Positions 46,901 to 52,838 of a stretch of DNA of 52,838 nucleotides are shown here, piece after piece. The position numbers were made by a program, and so were the translations under genes. Each line of letters opens with the position of its first letter. The first letter of the stretch is position 1. Origin of the DNA: a virus (lineage: Duplodnaviria; Caudoviricetes); IMG/VR virus record IMGVR_UViG_3300022074_000061, positions 1 through 52,838 of that record. One strand, given 5' to 3'. Below the pieces are notes generated by a model that was not told where the DNA came from, made no database searches, and was given only the letters and a program-made list of their open reading frames with translations.

Positions 46901-49637
46901 TAACAGTCTTCATGTGGGTATGGGTGCTCCTGGAGAAAAAGGCATGCATAGTGCATATTTTGGATCATATGAAAAATGTCAAAATGGTCAAGTTCAGAAT
47001 GGTGGTAATGCAAAGCTTAATAGACACGCGTGGATAACTGACAACATATTTACTTTAGATTGCCCTGACAGTTCTTTTGGTACATATAGGTATTCTACAA
47101 AAGAAGGTGATATGTTAAGAATAGATAGTTTATTAAAACTAACAGATGAATTAAGATATACGTCAGATTTAAACCAATCCAACTATCCTTCAGGTTGGTA
47201 TAGAAACGGAGTTGGAAAACCAAGTACAAATAATAGCACAAGCTGGCAATCACCTGATAAGGCAATAGATTTGTCACAAGCTTTAAGATTTAGTAGTAAA
47301 AGACAAACAGAGTTAAATGAAAAAAATGGAATTTTAATTGGTAAATATTATGTTTACGATCCATCATGGGGTATTGATTTTGAAATATCTGGAGGTAATA
47401 CTTTTGTAACAAGAGATTTTAGTAATTCTGTAGTTAATGTTGCAAACCCTAATAGAGATTACAGGCAAATGGGCACTATAGTTGCAGCAAAAGAAATTAT
47501 TGCAGGCGAAATATTATCAAGCACATTTTTTGAAAATGATGATTCAATGACAAGTGGACAATATTCAGGTTTTTCTAATAACACATTAGGATTTGTCGGA
47601 GACTATGTTTGGTATGCTCAATTTTCAAGTGTAACAAATAATATACAGGCAGGATATCAAACGGCTAATGCTGATGATTTTAACTATGATACAATTTCTA
47701 CAATGCAACAAGGTTTAAGGTCTATAGTGGTTGAGGTAGGCAGAGATCTTAATGGTAATACACTTAGTATGTATAACTTTCATCCAAGAAATTTAAGTAT
47801 GATTTTACAAAATCAATCATTTCTTTCAAGACAAAATAATGGGACTTTTTATTCAGATGCAGCTCAACAATATGATTATTATTTAGGTAATAGTAAAAGT
47901 GCAGAAACAATAAAATCTTACATACCATTTAAGTATCTATGTTCTATAGTTAGAAAATCTGTAGCATATGGCGGAAGTTCAAAGTCATCTATTGAATCAA
48001 CTAGATTTATACCCTGTGGTAATTTTCATCCAGTTGTATTCACAGCTGGACCAGAAACTGTTATGCAGTTTCATAATTCTAAAGTGTTTGGTGGTGATAC
48101 ATTTGTAAATTTATATTCACATCAAAAAACAAACATACCTTACTCAAGAATTTCATTTGCAAGATGGCAAGTGTTTCCTGTAGAATCATTTACTAATACA
48201 GATATGCGTGGTTTATTATCATTAAACGCAGGTGACACTACACTAGGTACAGATAAAAACTTACCACCATTTAGTAATGATTGGGTATACAACTATGTGT
48301 ACTCACAAGAAAATAATATTAAGTCAGGATTGATGATAGATGAGGAAAGAACAAATGATCCGCTTGACTTACCTTATGAGTTGGCGTATTCAAGAACAAA
48401 AATATTAGGTGAGCTAGGTGATGCATTTAGAGTGTTTCCTATCAATCAATTCCATGATATGGAAGGTAAGTATGGACAAATCAATAGAGTCATAAACTTT
48501 AAAAATGATATTTATGTATTACAGGATGAAGCATTTGCAAAAGTTTTAGTTAATCCAGTATCTATGATTACCGACGATACAGGTTCAAGTTTATTTACTG
48601 GTACAGGTGAAACTTTAGAAAATCATCTTTACATAACAACAAAGTTTGGTACACGTCACATGCATAGTGTAACTACTAGTGAACAGGCTATATACTATGT
48701 TGATAGCAGATATGGTAAAATATATAAATACGATACAGAAACACTAATGTCATTGGGAGATACTTTAGGGTTAAGGGCGGCTTTAAGATCTACAATTAAA
48801 GAGGAAGGTCGTTTGGATTCATATAATCAAACAGCTATTGGTGATCTATCTGAAGTCCCATTTCAAGTAGGCGCAAGCAGAAACTACGTATCTGATAATT
48901 ATTTAGATTTTATAGGCATACAAAGTACATTTGATCATATGAATAAAGAGTTAATTGTTACTTTTCATAATTCAACTTTATTAAATAACACAAGATCTAG
49001 ACCTAGAATATCTACTGATATTATTAGCACAACAGTAGCATACAATGAAGGTGTCAATGCTTTTACTTCATATTATAGCGCATCACCAAGCCAATGGCTT
49101 TTACATGATCCAGCTTTAATACATGTAGGAGATCAACAGCCTGTAAGTTCATACTTACATAATGAAGCAATTGATGGTACATATAGATACAATCCGTTAC
49201 AATTATGGTTATGGGACAGTAACCCTTTAAGAAATGTATACTATCAAGACTCATCAACCGACGAATTGCCAACTGCAGATAATACAGTATTAGAAAAAGT
49301 TATTAATGAGCAGGCGCAGGACACAAAAGTTTTTGACAACTCATTAATTCCTATGACAAGTGATGGTGATGGGGGTATGGATCAATTTTCTAATGATGTC
49401 AAACTATCTTTTCAAACTGAAAATATGATAACACCACAAACAATAGATAATACTCTTGTAAAATATAGAGAAAATATATTAAGATATCCGATTCGTGGAA
49501 GTGTAGAAACAGAAGCTGGTAATCAGTTTTTTGGAAGAGCAAGAGGTACATATTGTAAGCTTAGATTGGAAATAGAAACATCAGAAAAATTTAATATCTT
49601 TGCAATAATGGCGAAGTATCGCAAATCTTATAATTAA
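43938..49637 (+). CDS. Tail stabilisation/muzzle protein (1899 aa)
   Basis: GLVSDPDP...YTDALNIR, IYWTDNKNP, IKDNILFAGN, GYQRGEIYRFG, FGGDTFV, FHDMEGKYGQI, ARGTY. Confidence 0.8.
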   Translation: MAQKKQVSKPQGFTHGLVSDPDPRFQIKGSYTDALNIRLTNDTGDTFTVENIKGNTLLIDLFGLQFQSYIDAAEVSSGILGTRPDIQNNSNTTGASNLIFSEIYADPKTIINNQEVGSNFPSPQNPEPGSGPNLNATNQTGYQGLFPFFEPGTLPQTTTNVDSFESIARKNHSNIVGYVSVGKELILIIVVATVKEIKPDGTDIDNPTTRTVFLRLTIDDENKVESVEDLLVSYSFLNGNYPDLNMNIDNPVRVEAIVENESITRIYWTDNKNPLRTLNTRQSGKNLLPPSSLNLTPLVNASQPVLDLTLNGSLPVGTYQYVYKYISANGGESSYSPLSNFYHVSEEGFATSTDYGGSPKGEIGSQGFRIVVEDLDTNFSYIELYALLYEDLNIPPRVGLVDRKLITDGATNVVFNHLEFSNEISNGLEEVLIETNTWDVCKDIAIKDNILFAGNLRQKRNFISEKEWNVKILRYNINSSYTPPITDQTAMLTSTDPEIPVYFKESSNSATVKLAPDDDYLLGRLNNGDPAEPQYATRYLQRKMNGNAFSLATKTQDEYRFLNDGMTLGGQSYKFGQNYLGGCRVTFGIKEKVADITTNDGNVPYIESVSNSIDNFQTDNIAGEIVEVAGVLTTQTLINNNTEVTYSASMNLGGSKDPHLAGDQRGYQRGEIYRFGVQVYDLNGSPGNVLWIGDIQTPEMYDLLRMMNVDSLAYDPLQLDSTYINGEYKIISFDKIKDHRISTVWGHSVPPVACSWFNETTSVQDSQPKPEAYINADGTQVDLNTDNLNPGQPTNATRKNKWYPGYIANSLPLYPDSLNNYDSRHYLFDLFVNFEFLIPQEVCEKISGFRVVRAERKEIDRRVLQQGLLNQTMKYGRIDQGLQRGYYQDAKFSVDDNENYSGSTDFPFSNATNTDPQFLEYDTFLNGYVGLAENSHIARYENGLTTGKLTVGGITEGEVYVMQENENQIGFYGINYPYRDNLAGSRSANSLHVGMGAPGEKGMHSAYFGSYEKCQNGQVQNGGNAKLNRHAWITDNIFTLDCPDSSFGTYRYSTKEGDMLRIDSLLKLTDELRYTSDLNQSNYPSGWYRNGVGKPSTNNSTSWQSPDKAIDLSQALRFSSKRQTELNEKNGILIGKYYVYDPSWGIDFEISGGNTFVTRDFSNSVVNVANPNRDYRQMGTIVAAKEIIAGEILSSTFFENDDSMTSGQYSGFSNNTLGFVGDYVWYAQFSSVTNNIQAGYQTANADDFNYDTISTMQQGLRSIVVEVGRDLNGNTLSMYNFHPRNLSMILQNQSFLSRQNNGTFYSDAAQQYDYYLGNSKSAETIKSYIPFKYLCSIVRKSVAYGGSSKSSIESTRFIPCGNFHPVVFTAGPETVMQFHNSKVFGGDTFVNLYSHQKTNIPYSRISFARWQVFPVESFTNTDMRGLLSLNAGDTTLGTDKNLPPFSNDWVYNYVYSQENNIKSGLMIDEERTNDPLDLPYELAYSRTKILGELGDAFRVFPINQFHDMEGKYGQINRVINFKNDIYVLQDEAFAKVLVNPVSMITDDTGSSLFTGTGETLENHLYITTKFGTRHMHSVTTSEQAIYYVDSRYGKIYKYDTETLMSLGDTLGLRAALRSTIKEEGRLDSYNQTAIGDLSEVPFQVGASRNYVSDNYLDFIGIQSTFDHMNKELIVTFHNSTLLNNTRSRPRISTDIISTTVAYNEGVNAFTSYYSASPSQWLLHDPALIHVGDQQPVSSYLHNEAIDGTYRYNPLQLWLWDSNPLRNVYYQDSSTDELPTADNTVLEKVINEQAQDTKVFDNSLIPMTSDGDGGMDQFSNDVKLSFQTENMITPQTIDNTLVKYRENILRYPIRGSVETEAGNQFFGRARGTYCKLRLEIETSEKFNIFAIMAKYRKSYN
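49595..49602 (+). promoter_or_regulatory. -7 element TATCTTTG inside the muzzle 3' end
   Basis: Preceded by AAAATTTAA like the other promoters; 34 nt before ATG 49637. Confidence 0.55.
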
Positions 49638-51205
49638 TGGCATATTCTGATATTATAAAAGCAATAAATACTTACGGTGGTTTTTACAATCAAGGTAAAG
49701 AATATGAAGCTACAAATCCATATTCAAGCTTAGCTTTTCAGCCTTCATTAGAAAATGTATTTGCACAAAATCCACAACCAATAAATCCTGTAACACAAGC
49801 TAGAGAAATGCAAGATGAAATGACTGGGACCGATAAAACACTTATGGGTTTGAGTCAGTTTGGAGTAGGAGCTGGTGTAGGTAAAGGCCTTGCGTACGCT
49901 AAAGGTAAAGCACCAGAGTTTCTTACAAAAATATTCGGTAAAGCAACACCTGCATCATTTAATCCTGCAGCAGCATTAGGAGTATATACAGCAACAAGAG
50001 ATCAAAACCCTTATGAATATAGCGATGTAGAGTTTGGGGGTGATATAGCTAGTGGGGCATTGCTTGGTTCACAAATAGTACCTGGAGCGGGAACAATTAT
50101 AGGTGGTTTAGTTGGTTTAGGCAAGGGTTTGTTTGGTCAAGCTCAAGCTAAGAAAAAAAGAGAAAAAGCAGAAACTAAGTTTCAAAAACAATTAGAAAAA
50201 AGACAAGACGCGATAAATGAAGCTGTGATTGATCAAAGAGAAAAAATAGCTAACATGAATACAGCTTTAGCATATAGTGATGAAGCTGGTAAATATCAAA
50301 ATATATATGGTGGTAATTTATCATTTGAAAATGGTGGTATTTTACAAGCAGCTGGTATGCCTATGGATAGCATTATGAATAGACAAATGTTTGTAGAGTC
50401 TAGTTTTAACCCTTTGGCTGAAAGCAGTCAAGGAGCATTAGGCTTGACACAGATTACTCCATTAACATTTAAAGATATGCAAAATCGTGGTTTTGTTCCA
50501 GAAGGTAAAACTTTTGAAGATTTAAAAACTGATACAAATCTATCTATGAATTTGCAAAATAAATATATGGACGCATTATTAGATAGAAGTTGGAATCAAA
50601 CAGGTAGTGAAGAGGTAAGAGTTGCAAAAGCATTAGCAGCATATAATCTTGGACCAACTAAATTAGTTGATAGATTAAATAAAATAAAAGATCAAGGTGT
50701 TGATATATATGGTGGTTTGTCATGGGTGGATAAGCTACCTGACGAAACAAAGAATTATGTAAATAAAATACTGGGAATGGCAGGTGAAGAGTTTGAGCAA
50801 GATTATAAAAAAGGGTTCAAAGAAAAAGGTTCAAAGTTTAATGAGGGTGGTAGAAAAAATATTGTAGCAGAATTTACTGGAAATGAATTGATAGTAAATG
50901 ATCAAAATGAAGTAGAAGCTGGACTAAAGTCTGGTGATTTTAAAAGAGCTGCTGCACCTATTAGAAGAGCAATGCAGGGCGGTATGATTACACCAGGCAA
51001 AGAAACCCATGTAAAGAATCCTATGCCTGTAGATGCAGATGGTAATATTTTTACAAAAAAAGGACAATTGAGCTTTCGCGTGCGCGGGGGCGCGGGCGTG
51101 TATGACCATGCAACAGATCAGTTCAAATCTAATATGGATGATAAAGAAATTGCTATGGTTGCACAAAAGAATATGAATAAGTGGAAAAAAAATAATATGG
51201 CATAA
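49637..51205 (+). CDS. Cargo/ejection protein with lytic transglycosylase (SLT, GH23-like) domain
   Basis: Glycine-zipper TM segment; VESSFNPLAES..GALGLTQI, ALAAYNLG, ETKNYVNKI. Confidence 0.8.
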   Translation: MAYSDIIKAINTYGGFYNQGKEYEATNPYSSLAFQPSLENVFAQNPQPINPVTQAREMQDEMTGTDKTLMGLSQFGVGAGVGKGLAYAKGKAPEFLTKIFGKATPASFNPAAALGVYTATRDQNPYEYSDVEFGGDIASGALLGSQIVPGAGTIIGGLVGLGKGLFGQAQAKKKREKAETKFQKQLEKRQDAINEAVIDQREKIANMNTALAYSDEAGKYQNIYGGNLSFENGGILQAAGMPMDSIMNRQMFVESSFNPLAESSQGALGLTQITPLTFKDMQNRGFVPEGKTFEDLKTDTNLSMNLQNKYMDALLDRSWNQTGSEEVRVAKALAAYNLGPTKLVDRLNKIKDQGVDIYGGLSWVDKLPDETKNYVNKILGMAGEEFEQDYKKGFKEKGSKFNEGGRKNIVAEFTGNELIVNDQNEVEAGLKSGDFKRAAAPIRRAMQGGMITPGKETHVKNPMPVDADGNIFTKKGQLSFRVRGGAGVYDHATDQFKSNMDDKEIAMVAQKNMNKWKKNNMA

Positions 51206-52838
51206 TGGCATTACCTGGAAAAAATTTAATATCAGAAAAAGAAATATTTGATTATTTAATGACTAAGCCTGGAATGACTGATGTCAAGGCGGCAGGCATA
51301 GTTGCAAATATTGCAAAAGAATCCTTATACTATGCTGATGCTGTTCAAATGGGTGATGTTGAAAATCCAGGTATTGGATTATTTCAATATACATTTAAAG
51401 CAAGAAAAGATGCTTTTCTTAAAGCAGTGCCAGATTGGAAAACAAATTGGAAAGGCCAAATAGATTTTGCGTTTGAAGAAAATGAATTTAAAGCTTTTAT
51501 GAAAGAGCCTTACGAAACAGTACAAGACTCTACAAGAGGTTTTATGACAACCTTTGAAAAGCCAAAAGATCAATCAGAAGAAGAAGTACAGGATAGAGTA
51601 AATAGACTTTATAACTCTCCCAATATTAAAGATGATCTTAAAAATTTACCAAAAGATAAAAGCATTGACACTGAAGATGAGCAAAATATATTACCTGAGG
51701 TAACTATTGAAATTGATAAAGAATCAGACAAAAGTATAAAAGCGCCAACAATAGGAGTTCAGCCTTTACCAGTAGATAAGAACGAAGAATTAAATAAACC
51801 AGATTTATATCAACAACGTATTATTGCTGGTTTAGATGGAGATGCAGCGGAAAAAAAATATGGTACACCTGCTGGACCCAAAGGAGGTGTTGAAGGGACA
51901 GTTGAAAATCCTTACAAAAAATTAGTTCCAATAGATAACGCAATAGAGGATTCTTTTTATCAAGATGTAAATGGTGAAATATATCATTTTATTGAAGGAG
52001 ATTATAGGCCTATTGAAAGCGAAACATATAAAGAAAGGTTTGGAAAAAAACTAGAAAAAAAACTAGATGAAATTAATAAAAATAGAGATAGAATTGAACA
52101 AATTCAAACTCCAGAACCCGACAAACGAAAAGGGGAGTTGATTCCAAAATCACCAGAACTTGAACAAATACAAAAAAATCTAGATCAAGAAAGATTAGAA
52201 AAAGAAAGACAGCAACAATTAAATAATATGGAATTTGTAGATGTACCTGAAGAAGATGATCCAGATGATTTTTTAAAACCTCAAACAAAAACTACAGAAA
52301 CAACAGATCCAACAGAAGATACGCAAGAAAAAAAATCTCTTACAGACACTTTAGGTGGGGCAGCATCATTTGCAGATTCAGCATTTACTGCTGCATCAAA
52401 AGTGTTAGACGGTATTGGAGGTCCAGGAGCATTGGTTTCGTATGTATTGGGTAAAAGAGCACTAAAAGATGCTATGCAAGAAGTGCAGCCACAAAAAAGA
52501 GCTGATCTATCTCCATTGTTTTATGAGCAATATAGACAATCAAAAGAACTTGCTAAACAAGGCTTTGCTCCTAATGAAGAAAGAGCAATCAGAGAGCGTA
52601 TTGATGATGCATATCAACTAGGATTAGAAAATGCAGTAAGAGGTACTGCAGGTAACAGAGCTAGATTTTTAGCACAGTCAGGAGTATTAGATTCTGCTAG
52701 ATCTTCAGCGTTATTAAACTTTGCAGCACAAGATGATCAATTACGTAGACAGAATCAAAAAGAGTTTACTGATCTTATGATGTTTAAAGAAAATTTTGAT
52801 CAACAAAGATCGGAACAACAAAGAGCAGAAGATATGAG
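51205..52838 (+). CDS. 3'-truncated cargo protein with N-terminal phage tail lysozyme domain (not in ORF track)
   Basis: ATG 51205, open to the window end: AAGIVANIAKES...GIGLFQYT...R...WKGQIDFA...FEKP, then an acidic linker and a helical region. Confidence 0.8.
   Translation, partial: MALPGKNLISEKEIFDYLMTKPGMTDVKAAGIVANIAKESLYYADAVQMGDVENPGIGLFQYTFKARKDAFLKAVPDWKTNWKGQIDFAFEENEFKAFMKEPYETVQDSTRGFMTTFEKPKDQSEEEVQDRVNRLYNSPNIKDDLKNLPKDKSIDTEDEQNILPEVTIEIDKESDKSIKAPTIGVQPLPVDKNEELNKPDLYQQRIIAGLDGDAAEKKYGTPAGPKGGVEGTVENPYKKLVPIDNAIEDSFYQDVNGEIYHFIEGDYRPIESETYKERFGKKLEKKLDEINKNRDRIEQIQTPEPDKRKGELIPKSPELEQIQKNLDQERLEKERQQQLNNMEFVDVPEEDDPDDFLKPQTKTTETTDPTEDTQEKKSLTDTLGGAASFADSAFTAASKVLDGIGGPGALVSYVLGKRALKDAMQEVQPQKRADLSPLFYEQYRQSKELAKQGFAPNEERAIRERIDDAYQLGLENAVRGTAGNRARFLAQSGVLDSARSSALLNFAAQDDQLRRQNQKEFTDLMMFKENFDQQRSEQQRAEDM

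Larger units (their letters stand above)
1..52838. mobile_element. Partial genome of a crAss-like tailed phage infecting Bacteroidota
   Basis: Gene order terL-portal-scaffold-MCP-ring proteins-IHF-like-tail tubular-tail stabilisation-cargo matches the conserved crAss-like block; no host housekeeping genes; no integrase seen. Confidence 0.9.

Noticed and set aside
1-52838. Stop-codon reassignment (TAG/TGA), as in some crAss-like phages
   Set aside because: Genes are full length in the standard code, and TAG and TGA act as real stops with coupled downstream starts
1-52838. CRISPR array, tRNA genes, DGR/reverse transcriptase, integrase, introns or inteins
   Set aside because: None recognised by eye; terL, MCP and dnaB are uninterrupted; all repeats found are coding repeats or two-copy motifs. 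tRNAscan was not run

Overview
This AT-rich window is most of a tailed dsDNA phage genome with a crAss-like (Crassvirales-type) podovirus virion module. The host is almost certainly Bacteroidota: there are about 12 TAnnTTTG promoter elements, A-rich start contexts without Shine-Dalgarno sequences, and a protein with a T9SS C-terminal domain. Block 1 (1-18.8 kb, + strand) holds the end of a large cargo-type protein, a LamG fibre, an envelope cassette (OM beta-barrel, thioredoxin fold lacking CxxC, Cys-rich T9SS substrate), small basic proteins, a holin, a DUF5675 lysin, a 1466-aa repeat fibre and a metallophosphoesterase. Block 2 (18.8-29.6 kb, - strand) is the early/replication block with DnaB, a Sak/Rad52-like annealase, an ExoVIII-like nuclease, and SSB-like and RusA-like proteins, but no recognisable DNA polymerase or primase. 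Block 3 (29.7-52.8 kb, + strand) runs terminase, portal, scaffold, MCP, ring/tail proteins, muzzle and two muralytic cargo proteins. The best leads are a shared C-terminal Q[LH]D tag on four adjacent unrelated basic proteins, the phage-borne T9SS/outer-membrane cassette, the missing polymerase, and several structured intergenic RNAs, one resembling an antisense sRNA against translation-initiation regions. All family calls come from motif recognition by eye; no database search was run.
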